Below are positions 40,110-50,558 of a stretch of 64,000 bases of DNA, piece after piece. The position numbers and the translations under genes are program-made. Location of the stretch: the NCBI GenBank assembly GCA_039698055.1, contig JBDKTL010000027.1, positions 1-64,000 of the forward strand, written 5' to 3'. The notes below the pieces were generated by a model. That model saw nothing but the letters and a program-made list of their open reading frames with translations, searched no databases and was not told the DNA's origin. The stretch's first letter is position 1, and each line of letters opens with the position of its first letter. Source of the DNA: Methanoregula sp. (GTDB lineage Archaea > Halobacteriota > Methanomicrobia > Methanomicrobiales > Methanospirillaceae).

Positions 40110-40500
40110 GGGGGGGTCGCACACCCCCTTGAAGAGCCGGGCTGTGGGGGTCATCGCAAAACGGGCGGGGCAGGGGGGTCGTGCCGGCCGGCAGCGTGAC
40201 CCCCCCGCTGGTGAACCATAAACCTGTGGTGGTTTTTCCGTCGTGGATGAAGTCGGGTTCCCCAGCAGTCCGGATAGTTCGCAGGGGGGGTCACCCCCGC
40301 CATGCCGGACTGGTGTGACCCCCCGGACCCTGTAGTCCCTGGATCCTGTGACCCCCTTGGCCCGGAAATTGGCAGTTTCTCCGTCCTGGAGGTTCCGGAG
40401 GTGAAACAAAGGATGGAGCCGGAGGGTGGGGGGTCGGGCACGGGTGCCGGGCGAGGGGATCAGCCCGCGTCCCATGGATCGATGTGACCCCCCAACCCCA
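40110..40500. other. GC-rich non-coding element with repeated GGGGGGTC / GTGACCCCCC inverted motifs (candidate structured RNA or non-autonomous element)
   Basis: Five G5-7TC and four GTGAC-C4-5 motifs; overlapping ORFs look like low-complexity artefacts. Confidence 0.5.
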
Positions 40501-40849
40501 AACCCGATAACCACCCATGAAGTGCGCGATCCCAACTGGTCAGATGAGGTCCCGGTCATAATACTCTTCCGGGATCCTTTACCCTCCTTTCAAACACCGG
40601 GTCATTATTGATGGAAATCGTGACGTTCCGGTTTATTGCATCAACAGCAATTTCAAAAACATTCTTCCGCCCGAAACTTCTTCTCTATTCGGCGGGCAGT
40701 TAGCAAAGTACTGGGACAGGAACCAGTTCGCTCTTCATCGCACAAGAAACGATTCGCATCCTGTATGATCGAGGGGAATGTCTGGCGACCACGGTTTTGA
40801 GGAAAGGTTAAAGGAAGGTGAAGTGTATCTTTCATGAGAGGAACCAGTA

Positions 40850-41275
40850 GTGCCATCATCCAAACGATCTCAAAGTTTAAATCCAGAAATCCAGGACCGG
40901 GTCGAGAGTGCACTACAACAGATGCAGCAGATTCCGGGATTTGAACACGTCAAGTTTGTTATACTCTACGGATCAGCAGAAAAACAGCGAATGACTGCCG
41001 AATCGGATATCGATCTCTGCATATATTATGATGGGGACGTTACCAAGGCCGCAAAGTTCCGCCACACCATCCTTGCGAAACTTCCCGGCATACAATATGA
41101 TATTCAGATTTTTCAGCAGCTTCCCTTGTATGTAAAAGTGGAGGTACTCAAAGGCACCCCGGTTTTTGTCCGCGACACCCGGTTTTTATACGAAAAAGCG
41201 ACCGAGACCATCCGGGACTTCGACAGGTTCAAACACCGGTTATATGATTACACCGGTCAGGCTGCGATACAATGA
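40850..41275 (+). CDS. mntA: Minimal nucleotidyltransferase (MNT) antitoxin
   Basis: LYGSAEK..ESDIDL; DIQIFQQLPLY. Confidence 0.82.
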   Translation: MPSSKRSQSLNPEIQDRVESALQQMQQIPGFEHVKFVILYGSAEKQRMTAESDIDLCIYYDGDVTKAAKFRHTILAKLPGIQYDIQIFQQLPLYVKVEVLKGTPVFVRDTRFLYEKATETIRDFDRFKHRLYDYTGQAAIQ

Positions 41276-41739
41276 CAAAAAAAGGTGTACGCGAGACGAT
41301 TATCCGCATCAAAATAAAAGAAATTGACGACGGAGTTTCGCTTGTACGTGAGCATCTGCCATTGACTGCACAAGAATTTGGGAATCTCGGGCTCGTGAAA
41401 GACGGGATTTATAAACGGATTGAATTTGCGATTGAGAATGTGTTTGATATATGTGCCATAATCAACACCGATCTTGCACTTGGTGTTCCCGGAGAAGATG
41501 AAGACATCCTCAAACATCTTATCCAAAATGGAATTCTCAGTAGAGCGATGCGGGAAAAAATCCATGGCATGAAAGGGTTCCGGAATATTATCGTGCACCG
41601 GTATGGAAATATTGATGATGATCTGGCATTTCAACTACTGAAAGAAAATATCGGGGATTTTTTCAGTTTTAACGCTGAAATTGAAAAATTCCTGGAAAAA
41701 CATCATCCGGTTGCCCCTTTTTCTGGCCCGGGCAGGTGA
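41272..41739 (+). CDS. hepT: HEPN/DUF86 RNase toxin
   Basis: GFRNIIVHRYG (Rx4HxY); ATGA overlap with the MNT gene. Confidence 0.85.
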   Translation: MTKKGVRETIIRIKIKEIDDGVSLVREHLPLTAQEFGNLGLVKDGIYKRIEFAIENVFDICAIINTDLALGVPGEDEDILKHLIQNGILSRAMREKIHGMKGFRNIIVHRYGNIDDDLAFQLLKENIGDFFSFNAEIEKFLEKHHPVAPFSGPGR

Positions 41740-41915
41740 TTGTTCCCTTCAACGTTCTTATTCAGAATAACTTCTCCAAACCGTCACGGGAAACTCTTCG
41801 TGCGACAGCAGAACCATCGTTCATATGGAATGGGTTGAATCTACCAATCTGATAAAATACCGGCTCGTTTCCCCCCTCAAATAAGAAACAAGCCGATTTT
41901 TATCCATCGTGCCGG

Positions 41916-43022
41916 TTACGCTATTTTTTGTGCTGGATCCAGCAGCACCTCATCCGGCAGCCGGGCAAGAGCCACCGCCCCAAGCGCCCCAATCACACCC
42001 CTGCCCCCAATTAATATGATGCCCTCATGTTCTGCTATTTTGTCAGCAACGGTTCGGGTGATAACCTGTTCCCGTACGAGCCGCCCATAGTCCCGCAGTG
42101 ACGGGGAAATGGTCAATCCAACAGAGATAGCAATACCCCAGTTGGGGGAAAGCGCTTCATCCTCGACAAACCGGCGGGTCTTCTCAATAAGGTTCTCAAC
42201 CTGCGATTGCATAACTGCAACCTCGATATAGCTTGCAGAGTTCCCGGCAGTTTTCTCAACAACCTGCTGGCTGAGCATAACCACATGATGACTGATGGGG
42301 AGAACTCCTTTTATCCGGGTCACCTGCGTCAGTAACGCAAGTGCAAGTGCAAATGTTGCACCGCCATCAGCTGAATCGGTATCGTCAATCCCGATAGTCA
42401 CATGTACCAGGGCCTTTGTCCAGATCTTCGCTTCAACAACGGCCTTCTCATGGGTCGGTTCAACCCGGATGACGCCCTCTGCCCGCGACATCATGTCGGT
42501 CACTGAATAGGCAGGGCCTCCGGTACAGCGGATATGCTGGATGACATACCCTTTCTCCTGCCAGACCCCGCTCACCCCGACTGCCGCAAGAGGAAATAAT
42601 CCGATGGAAACCTCCTGGTTCCCGATTCGCGCCGTTTCGCGCAGCAGCGTCCCGTCCCGCTCCACGTTTGTCAATACCCCCCTCGCAAGAGTATGGTGGT
42701 ATCCGCAGTACGCCGCACACGCCCCACTCACGCAGTCATGATAGATTTCGACTGTATCGCCATCCACGGTTGTAAAAATCCGCCGGCAGGTGCTCTGAGG
42801 CAGTGCGCTGATCGCGGCGTACCGGGCAGGACTCCGGCCACGCTTCACATCTTTTAAAAATACACACCCCTCATGCACCAGCCGGCTTATCCAATCCTGC
42901 GCGGTGCTCCGGGGAATTCCTGCGGATTTCTGGATATCCGTAACCGTAAAAAAACCATTGTCCAGCGTGAACTGCCGCATCAGGCGCAGGTATTCCCGCC
43001 GGTGTTCAAGGACGCTTGTCAT
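41916..43022 (-). CDS. HTH protein fused to methanogenesis-marker-11/TiaS-like domain
   Basis: N-terminal HTH (FTVTDIQK..IPRSTAQDWISRL), Cys/His cluster, GGPAY and VTIGIDDTDS..GATF. Confidence 0.65.
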   Translation of the reverse strand: MTSVLEHRREYLRLMRQFTLDNGFFTVTDIQKSAGIPRSTAQDWISRLVHEGCVFLKDVKRGRSPARYAAISALPQSTCRRIFTTVDGDTVEIYHDCVSGACAAYCGYHHTLARGVLTNVERDGTLLRETARIGNQEVSIGLFPLAAVGVSGVWQEKGYVIQHIRCTGGPAYSVTDMMSRAEGVIRVEPTHEKAVVEAKIWTKALVHVTIGIDDTDSADGGATFALALALLTQVTRIKGVLPISHHVVMLSQQVVEKTAGNSASYIEVAVMQSQVENLIEKTRRFVEDEALSPNWGIAISVGLTISPSLRDYGRLVREQVITRTVADKIAEHEGIILIGGRGVIGALGAVALARLPDEVLLDPAQKIA

Positions 43023-43992
43023 AGCGATCCCGGATATACAGCAGATCCCCGATAATGGCACTGGCTGTCGGGGTCGACCCGGCCCCCCGGCCGATCAAGG
43101 TAATTTCCTTTGCCATATCCGTTTCAAGCGTAAGAGCGTTCAATGTTCCTTCGATGACGAGGGGATGATCCTTCTCAATAATACGGGGAGACACCCGCAG
43201 GAGATGCTTACGGGGGCTTGCTTCTGCGATCAGCCGTATCGTGCATCCCTCATCCCCGGCAAGCCTCAGTGCATCGGGGGTGAGAAGGTCGATACCTGTC
43301 AGATCGACATCAGCGAGTTTTGCATCATTATCCCAGAGCGTGTTTGCGAGGATGACCAGCTTGATTGCCGCATCGATCCCCTTGACATCATAGGTCGGGT
43401 CCGCTTCGGCATACCCCATCTCCCGGGCTTCCATGAGTGCCTGCTCATACGTGAGCTCTTCAGCCGCCATACGGGTAAGGATATAGTTGCAGGTGCCGTT
43501 GAGGACGCCGTAGAGTGCGATAATCTCATTGCCGGCAAGACCCTGTTCGAGCGTGTGCATGATGGGGACAGCTCCTCCTACCGTCGCTTCGTACCGGAGC
43601 GATACACCATTTTTTTCAGCCAGTGCCATAAGTTCCCGGTAGGCAAGTGCTATGGGACCTTTATTGGAGGTCACCACATGTTTCCTGTGTCCAAGCGCCA
43701 TTTTGATGTATCCGAGGGCCGGTTCTCCGGTAATTGCATTGGTCGGTGTGACTTCAATCAATATATCGTAGGCTGCTTTTTCCAGGATATCCTGCGTCGA
43801 GATGGTTATGTCACCGCACACGCCGGTCGTGCGCTTTGTTTTAAGAACCTCATCAATATCGATCCCGTTATTGTCGATACATCCGCTCTTTGAATCCGCT
43901 ATCCCGGTGATAATGATACCAAGATCCTTTTTTGCAAGCTGCTCTGCTACGCCGCGTCCTACCGATCCAAGGCCAAGGATCACAACCTTCAT
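43006..43992 (-). CDS. hom: Homoserine dehydrogenase
   Basis: GLGSVG, VVTSNKGP, YEATVGGAVP, GVLNGTCNYIL, GYAEADP and GRGAG motifs. Confidence 0.95.
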   Translation of the reverse strand: MKVVILGLGSVGRGVAEQLAKKDLGIIITGIADSKSGCIDNNGIDIDEVLKTKRTTGVCGDITISTQDILEKAAYDILIEVTPTNAITGEPALGYIKMALGHRKHVVTSNKGPIALAYRELMALAEKNGVSLRYEATVGGAVPIMHTLEQGLAGNEIIALYGVLNGTCNYILTRMAAEELTYEQALMEAREMGYAEADPTYDVKGIDAAIKLVILANTLWDNDAKLADVDLTGIDLLTPDALRLAGDEGCTIRLIAEASPRKHLLRVSPRIIEKDHPLVIEGTLNALTLETDMAKEITLIGRGAGSTPTASAIIGDLLYIRDRYDKRP

Positions 43993-44480
43993 GCAATCTC
44001 CTCCAGCGGTTCAATCAGGAGAAGGGATTTCTGGAGTGCCACCCTGCGCAGAATCGTCAGGGCGGATTCCATATCTTCACGGTTCACCGCTTTGATAGTC
44101 ACCCGGGACGTCGAGCGCTCGTTCACTGCCGGCATACTCATGGAGAGTTCGCAGACTTCAGCAAAACCTGTTGAATCGATCTGGTCGACCGTATCAGAGA
44201 GATCCGTGTGCATCAGGTGCCCAATCATGATAACCGTGCGTTTGTAAAGCAGGCGTTCTTTTCCGATCCGCTGGATGTGAACACCCTGATCTTTTAACAG
44301 CGACACCAGTTTGTCGAGGCGCCCTTCAGGAAGTTCAAGGACGATCTGAACATCAAGGGTCCGGTGACCGGGATCAGGATTATGCTGGTGGATGACCGCG
44401 ATGATATTTCCCCCGACCTCTGATATGGGTTTGAGAGCGGCGACCAGCTGACCCGGCGAATCCTTCATTTCAAGTTTCAT
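43989..44480 (-). CDS. ACT-domain amino-acid-binding protein (homoserine dehydrogenase regulatory partner)
   Basis: KDSPGQLV..L.PIS..GGNIIAV.H and IGHLMHTDLSDTVD; overlaps hom. Confidence 0.82.
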   Translation of the reverse strand: MKLEMKDSPGQLVAALKPISEVGGNIIAVIHQHNPDPGHRTLDVQIVLELPEGRLDKLVSLLKDQGVHIQRIGKERLLYKRTVIMIGHLMHTDLSDTVDQIDSTGFAEVCELSMSMPAVNERSTSRVTIKAVNREDMESALTILRRVALQKSLLLIEPLEEIA

Positions 44481-44558
44481 GGAGACCTGCACGAGACCAC
44501 CTAACACATAGTAGATCGGGCTTCAAGATAAGGCTTTTATTTTAATGCCGGGGTTTTT

Positions 44559-45371
44559 TTAGAGTTTGCGGAGTTTATTATCGACTTTTTCAAAGAAATT
44601 TCTCTTCGCATCTACAAACAAAGCCGGTTGTTCTGCCCGCTGGACCCGTATTGACACGGCACTTCCAAGATCGATGGTTTGCTGCCCGTCAATCACGAGA
44701 TTTGCCGGTTTTGCACTTTCGAGCCGGATTTCAAGATCCCGGTTGCTGCTGATCACATGGGGTCGCGAGGAGAGCATATACGGGGCAAGCGGGACAAGCA
44801 GGAACCCCTGTATCCGGGGATCGACAATCGGCCCTCCGGCACTCATCGCATAGGCAGTCGAACCGGTAGGCGTACTGATAAGAAGGCCATCGGAACGGAA
44901 CTGTTCGGCAACTACTCCGTCGATGACAATAGAGAACCGCAGCATCTTTGCCGGCCGGACGGTAACGATAAGTGCCTCGTTTAACGCATCTCCGAGGTGC
45001 TCCCCGTCCCGGTAAAGAGAGATCCGCATGCGCTCTTCGACCGGGAACCCGGGGACAATCTTTTTAATAAATTCCCACGCTTCTGAGGGTTCCAGATCGG
45101 CAAGAAACCCGACCTCTCCCCAGTTTATACCGACAATGGGAATCTGGCAGTGCATCTGCTGGACCGTGCGCAGGATGGTGCCGTCGCCGCCAACTACAAC
45201 AGCAATATCCGCGTCCCGGGCAGCACCGGTATTTTCATATTCCCCCATTGCCCTGGCGGTATCGTGTTCAAGGCTCACGTGATTTCCCGCTGCCTCGATT
45301 TCCTGTTTTAACTGAGCGGCAAAAGTAAGGGCATCGGGGCGATCAATGCGGGACACAAGCAGCGTTTTCAT
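44559..45371 (-). CDS. nadK: NAD kinase
   Basis: [36 protein letters not shown]. Confidence 0.93.
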   Translation of the reverse strand: MKTLLVSRIDRPDALTFAAQLKQEIEAAGNHVSLEHDTARAMGEYENTGAARDADIAVVVGGDGTILRTVQQMHCQIPIVGINWGEVGFLADLEPSEAWEFIKKIVPGFPVEERMRISLYRDGEHLGDALNEALIVTVRPAKMLRFSIVIDGVVAEQFRSDGLLISTPTGSTAYAMSAGGPIVDPRIQGFLLVPLAPYMLSSRPHVISSNRDLEIRLESAKPANLVIDGQQTIDLGSAVSIRVQRAEQPALFVDAKRNFFEKVDNKLRKL

Positions 45372-45378
45372 GTGAGGA

Positions 45379-46155
45379 TCACCGTAAATATTCAATTACC
45401 TTATGGTGCAGCACACCATTTGTCGCAACGATGCACCGGCCGCTGGTCACCTCATTGGGGAAGTGAATCGGGGCGCCATTTAAGTCCGTGACTTTCCCCC
45501 CGGCTTCTGTACAGACCAGCATCCCGGCAGCAGCATCAGTTACCCGCAGGGTTCCCCGGAGATCGATAAACCCGTCAATCCCCCCGCTCCCGATGTAACA
45601 GAGTTCGAGAGCCGATGCACCAAGGAGTCGCCATCTCCTTATTTTCTGGCCGATCTGCATTACCCGCGTGGGATCGAATTTCCTGCCATAGACACTCATC
45701 GCACATTCATCAAGGTGAGAGATTTTTGAGACATGGATAGGTTTCCCGTTGCAGTGCGAGAACTTGCCTTTTATGGCAGTGAATGTCTCGCCGCTGGCGA
45801 GGTTTCGCACAAATGCCTGACGGACGATGCCGTCATGTGCCCATGCAATCGACAGGGCATAGAACGGGATCCCGGCGACCGCATTGAACGTGCCATCAAT
45901 GGGGTCAAGAAAGATCGTTCCTTCACCATTATCTAATGATACTTTTCCGGCTTCTTCGCTGATGAGCAGGGAGCAGAGTGCGTGATCCTTTAAGTATTCC
46001 ACCACGCAGTCCTCGGCAACCTGATCGATTTTTTTTGTGGGGGTGAGATCGGCGCCCATTTTAATATACTCGCCCCCTTCCGGGGTTCCAACCAGTCCTT
46101 TGATACGTGCCTGTACCAGTCCGGCCATTTCTGTGCACGCCATAAGAAAGTCCAT
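45379..46155 (-). CDS. suhB: Inositol monophosphatase / FBPase family protein
   Basis: [22 protein letters not shown] and DAAAG motifs. Confidence 0.88.
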   Translation of the reverse strand: MDFLMACTEMAGLVQARIKGLVGTPEGGEYIKMGADLTPTKKIDQVAEDCVVEYLKDHALCSLLISEEAGKVSLDNGEGTIFLDPIDGTFNAVAGIPFYALSIAWAHDGIVRQAFVRNLASGETFTAIKGKFSHCNGKPIHVSKISHLDECAMSVYGRKFDPTRVMQIGQKIRRWRLLGASALELCYIGSGGIDGFIDLRGTLRVTDAAAGMLVCTEAGGKVTDLNGAPIHFPNEVTSGRCIVATNGVLHHKVIEYLR

Positions 46156-46268
46156 TTGGTATCCCGCCCATTTTTTGTTGGTTTTCTACGCTGTATTTAT
46201 GTAATGCAATAAAGATAAATTACTACCGCGTTTACCATATGATAGTGTTTTAGAGGTTGTGAAAAAAT

Positions 46269-46646
46269 ATGAAAGAACAAACTGAAATCGGAAAGATCAA
46301 AGAGGGTCGCTACATTGTTGTCGAGGACGAACCCTGCAAAGTTGTCGGAATTGCCACATCAAAGCCGGGAAAACATGGCGCTGCAAAGGCCCGGATTGAC
46401 GCAGTGGGTATCTTTGACGGGGTCAAGCGCTCCATCGTTTCACCGGTATCTGCAAAGACCTATGTGCCCATTGTTGAGCGCAAGAGCGGGCAGGTTATTT
46501 CGATTGCAGGTGATATGGCGCAGTTAATGGATATGAAAGATTATTCCAACTTTGAGATCGCGATCCCTGAGGATAAGAAAGGGTCGATCGAGATTGGAAA
46601 AGAGATTATGTATATCGAGTCAATGGGAAAAAGAAAGATCGACTGA
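46269..46646 (+). CDS. eif5A: Translation factor aIF5A
   Basis: SKPGKHGAAKARI hypusine loop. Confidence 0.95.
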   Translation: MKEQTEIGKIKEGRYIVVEDEPCKVVGIATSKPGKHGAAKARIDAVGIFDGVKRSIVSPVSAKTYVPIVERKSGQVISIAGDMAQLMDMKDYSNFEIAIPEDKKGSIEIGKEIMYIESMGKRKID

Positions 46647-47188
46647 TACTTTCAGATGTAATTTTTTTATGGGAACAACGTTTATTTTAGTTCAATACGT
46701 TTTTTTGTACGGATAGATTTCTCCTCTCTTTACTCTTTGATATTGGATCGTTGAACGATCAATTCAGTGAACCTTCAGTCGCGTAAAGCCGCTGCGGGGG
46801 AAGTACCTTTGGGAGTGACGGAGACATTCCAATGGGTGATTGGGTACATTAAACCTGTAACCTGTCTGCTACAATCCCGACTTATCAAATCACCGCCTCG
46901 ATAAACTTTTTTGGTTTTTTTATTACGGGTTCATTATTGTTAATTGATACTTGTATTGCCATCATCTGGTTTCCCGTGCTTCATAAGGGTACGTAATAAG
47001 AGAATAAAATTTCCTGACCGCCATACCGTTGTTTTCGAACATTTTACGAATGCTGAAAACGATGCAAACCTCTTTTACAAATGGTGCTCTTCCGATGAAA
47101 TGCTCGCTCATACTAATGAGAACGAGTGAAAATAAGATCTTAGTGTGGCATTCTTTTGCGGTTGGCATGAAAACTGGTAGAAATCAGG

Positions 47189-48046
47189 TCAGTATTTACC
47201 AATATACCGTGTGGGAACCTGAATTTCCAGTTTGTATGAATTTATGTACTTAGCATTAATAATGAAATAATAGTTTTTCTGCCCCTCATAAAATTTCTCT
47301 GTCCATGGGCGGGGATCGGAAGGGGTGGTCGTCGGAGTTGGTGCAATTTCTGCATATTTTGGGACACGTGTGACATCTGGAGTGGGTTGTGTAACCCCGG
47401 CCCATAAGTCCATATCGATTCCACCAGGAGGGGTGATAGTGCGCACGATCCGGTTAGGGTCTTGTGCATCTATGACCTGAACAGAAAATACCGGGCTTAC
47501 GACAGAATAGGATCCTGATATTCCGCTGTGGGCATAATTTTGCCCAAGGGTTGGTGTAATCTCAAGCGAGGGAACCTCAGTAAGTCCACCCATGGGGCCT
47601 ATTGCAGGGTCAATCGTGTACGAAATCACCCAGTATGGGAACGGGATGTTGATCACCTGGGTTGTCCCGCTGTATTTTCCCGATATGGTTGCATACGTGG
47701 TCATGCTGGTATCGGGTTGTGTTGTGTTGAACCGGGTTCCTCCGGGAAGCGACTGGTTCGTGGAGACGCCATAAGTTGCCGGATCGACAAAGGCAACCGT
47801 TTTTGTTTTGGCATCCCACGTAGGAACCGGCGTTGGAGGGCGGGTGGGGTTCGTTGTGTGTGTTGTGGGTAATGTAGCATTCTGAAGAGTGACAGGAATG
47901 GGAGTTGATATTGTCGTAGGACCGGGAACCAGAAATGAAAGCCCGGTATTCACCGGCTGCCCGGTTGCGATGGGTTTGATGACAAGAGCGATGATGAGGA
48001 TAATGCCCAGCGCAGCGACAACAAAGACAATATCTTTCTTATCCAT
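47189..48046 (-). CDS. Membrane-anchored Pro/Thr-rich hypothetical surface protein
   Basis: MDKKD then a TM helix, PT-rich linker, DPRPWTEKFY; divergent from the archaellins. Confidence 0.7.
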   Translation of the reverse strand: MDKKDIVFVVAALGIILIIALVIKPIATGQPVNTGLSFLVPGPTTISTPIPVTLQNATLPTTHTTNPTRPPTPVPTWDAKTKTVAFVDPATYGVSTNQSLPGGTRFNTTQPDTSMTTYATISGKYSGTTQVINIPFPYWVISYTIDPAIGPMGGLTEVPSLEITPTLGQNYAHSGISGSYSVVSPVFSVQVIDAQDPNRIVRTITPPGGIDMDLWAGVTQPTPDVTRVPKYAEIAPTPTTTPSDPRPWTEKFYEGQKNYYFIINAKYINSYKLEIQVPTRYIGKY

Positions 48047-48322
48047 GTGAACTATAAACCTATTCGGCGCGGAGTAATAAATACTGGTGTAATTGTGCGG
48101 GAGATGTAAATGTGTACATGAAAAAAGACACATTCTCTCATATTTAATGACGCGCAGTATATTTGTTTAAATTAAAAATGGTAGGCCATATTCAGAAAAA
48201 AATACCTGAAATCCGTGAGAACACGGCGTAATTTTTGGGAATGATATTTATACTATTAAATCACTTTATCACATACGAACATTGGAGGGTTCCAGTGTTC
48301 ACTATCGATAGAAGGTGAATTC

Positions 48323-48904
48323 ATGAATTCTTCTAAGTGTAATGATGAAGGGTTCACCGGTCTTGAGGCAGCAATTGTGCTTATCGCATTCGTTGTTGTC
48401 GCGGCGGTGTTCTCCTATGTGGTGCTCGGTGCCGGGTTCTTCACAACCCAGAAGGCCCAGGAGACCGTACATACGGGTGTAGCACAGACTACTTCGGCAG
48501 TGGAACCATCGGGGCCGGTTAGTGTACACTCTCCTGATGGATCCACTATTGACAATCTCACATTCTATCTTCAGCTTGCTGCTGGAGGTACTGGCGTAGA
48601 CATGAGTAAAGTTACGTACACTCTTTCTACACCCACGCAGGTTTCAACCTTTACAAATGCGACTGTTTCGTATGACTGGGTCAAAGAAAATGTTGCAGGT
48701 GGAAGTAATCATGACGCTCATGCCGGATTGTTAAATCCCCGTGAGATGGTACTTGTAACTGTCAATCCCGGGATGGATGCAGCAGATTTGGGAATCAATA
48801 CCAAGTTTATCTGTGAAGTGAAGCCTCCCGTTGGTGCAGCCCTGCCAATTGCAAGAACAATTCCGGCGGGATTGAATACTGACACGTGGTATGAGGTATA
48901 CTAA
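48323..48904 (+). CDS. flaB: Archaellin
   Basis: DEG|FTGLEAAIVLIAFVVVAAVFSYVVLGAGFFTTQK. Confidence 0.95.
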   Translation: MNSSKCNDEGFTGLEAAIVLIAFVVVAAVFSYVVLGAGFFTTQKAQETVHTGVAQTTSAVEPSGPVSVHSPDGSTIDNLTFYLQLAAGGTGVDMSKVTYTLSTPTQVSTFTNATVSYDWVKENVAGGSNHDAHAGLLNPREMVLVTVNPGMDAADLGINTKFICEVKPPVGAALPIARTIPAGLNTDTWYEVY

Positions 48905-48916
48905 GGAGGGAAAAAA

Positions 48917-49528
48917 ATGAAAAATCTTTATTCGGATGAAGCATTCACGGGACTAGAGGCCGCCATCGTACTCATCGCGTTCGTAGTTGTTGCCGCGGTG
49001 TTCTCCTACGTGGTGCTCGGTGCCGGGTTCTTCACATCCCAGACGGCTCAGGCAACAGTTCATACGGGTGTGTCGCAGGCAAGCTCAAGTATGGAACTTG
49101 TGGGAAATGTGTATGGGGTTCAAGGCGCTACTAACCTGAGGTATGTGAACGTAACCATCGCACTCACTGCCGGTGGTACTCCCATGGACGTATCTTCGAT
49201 GGTAGTATCCTATACAGATAATAATGGTGGTCACAATGCAAATGTTCTGCCCAGCAATGCGGATGATTTATTGGACTGCGGCACTATAACGACTGCTGAT
49301 CACACACAGGCTGATATTGAGTGGTGCATCGGTCAGAAAATCAATAATGTGACTGCAGGCACAATGCTCGATAACAATGCTCAGATGGTCCTTGTTGTGG
49401 GTATGCCCTCTGACACAGCATCACCGAATACAAAATTCTCCATCAATTTACAGCCGTCCGTAGGAGCTGTCCTCCCCATTGCAAGAACAATTCCCGGTGG
49501 CCTGACAGCTGTCCAACCCCTCTATTAA
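48917..49528 (+). CDS. flaB: Archaellin
   Basis: DEA|FTGLEAAIVLIAFVVVAAVFS; AGGAGG RBS. Confidence 0.95.
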   Translation: MKNLYSDEAFTGLEAAIVLIAFVVVAAVFSYVVLGAGFFTSQTAQATVHTGVSQASSSMELVGNVYGVQGATNLRYVNVTIALTAGGTPMDVSSMVVSYTDNNGGHNANVLPSNADDLLDCGTITTADHTQADIEWCIGQKINNVTAGTMLDNNAQMVLVVGMPSDTASPNTKFSINLQPSVGAVLPIARTIPGGLTAVQPLY

Positions 49529-49637
49529 ATCCTTTTTTATTCCACCAGATTACCGTTAAAATCAGTATCCGCAATTCCCGGAACCAGATCCAATATCCAA
49601 AAATATATCTATTACCATCGTAATATATCCATATATT

Positions 49638-50555
49638 ATGGCGGTAAACCAGTCTCAGGTCGACCATATCATCACTGCCGCATCCGAGGATGATCCCGAA
49701 GTAAAACTTCAGAACCTGGAGCGGGAAGTCGATCTGATCAAAACATCCATCAAACGCCTCCTCATGGATATCCGGGAGCGGATGAATGAACTGGAAAACC
49801 CGTTTACCCTTACGGCAGGTTCTGGTGGAAGTGCCGGGGGAAGCAGTGCAAGCGCCAGTGCACATATGGACGACGCCAAAAAATCTGCACTCGAAGCCCG
49901 GGAAGCAGCTCTTGACGCCCGGGAATCCACCATGGAAGCCACCAAGGCAAAACAGGATGCAGAGAGCAAAAAAACAGAACCGGTTCCTGTAAAATCCGAG
50001 CCGGCACAACCGGTATCCCCGGTAACGGTCTCACACGACGATCGAAAACTGCTTGACGAACAGATACTTTCCGCGCTCAAATCACAAATTGCCACGCCCA
50101 CCACGCATAAAAACAACCAGATCTCGCTGTCCAGTGAAAAACTGCGATTACAAAAAGTCTATAAATTATTCAAATGGACCAGCCAGGCAATCAAAAAATA
50201 TGGTCATGACCGGCTTGAGATCATCCTGGAATCCTATCGCATTATGGGCTATATCCCTAAAGAGTCATGCGATGAGATCAAAGAAATCTCCCGCCTGATG
50301 CCGGCAAACCTCGGGGACGAACACGAAGTTGGCCCGGACGAATTTGTATCTGAACTCTATGCATTAAACCGGATTCTCGCACCGAACGACACCTCGCTTG
50401 ACCGGGATATGATCGAAGTAATGATGGAGCAGCGCCAGCAGGTAGTGCCCTTAAAAGATCGGTCGGTCCCGCAAAGTATCTCCTTAAAGGAACGGGAATC
50501 CCCACGGAATAACGATAAAGACGAAGAGTGGATGAACCTGCCGGATAGGATATAA
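49638..50555 (+). CDS. Archaellum accessory protein, FlaC/D/E-like
   Basis: Coiled coil (IKRLLMDIRERMNELENPF) and a FlaD/E-like segment (KW..KYG..LE..LESY..MGYI); lies between flaB and flaG. Confidence 0.7.
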   Translation: MAVNQSQVDHIITAASEDDPEVKLQNLEREVDLIKTSIKRLLMDIRERMNELENPFTLTAGSGGSAGGSSASASAHMDDAKKSALEAREAALDARESTMEATKAKQDAESKKTEPVPVKSEPAQPVSPVTVSHDDRKLLDEQILSALKSQIATPTTHKNNQISLSSEKLRLQKVYKLFKWTSQAIKKYGHDRLEIILESYRIMGYIPKESCDEIKEISRLMPANLGDEHEVGPDEFVSELYALNRILAPNDTSLDRDMIEVMMEQRQQVVPLKDRSVPQSISLKERESPRNNDKDEEWMNLPDRI

Positions 50556-50558
50556 TCG

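Noticed and set aside
40074-40611. Several overlapping Gly/Pro/Arg-rich ORFs
   Set aside because: They are by-products of the GC-rich repeat element; none resembles a protein family I recognise.
27915-41900. tRNA-integrated provirus or integrative element
   Set aside because: I found no integrase, no viral or conjugation genes and no direct repeat of the tRNA 3' end by eye.
46650-47180. Possible ncRNA or small ORF downstream of aIF5A
   Set aside because: Only a short hairpin (GATCGTTGAACGATC) and weak ORFs are present, with no recognisable family.
48287-48296. GTTCCAGTG resembling a mini-ORB origin box
   Set aside because: It is a single partial match upstream of flaB, with no cdc6/orc1 gene or paired ORBs nearby.
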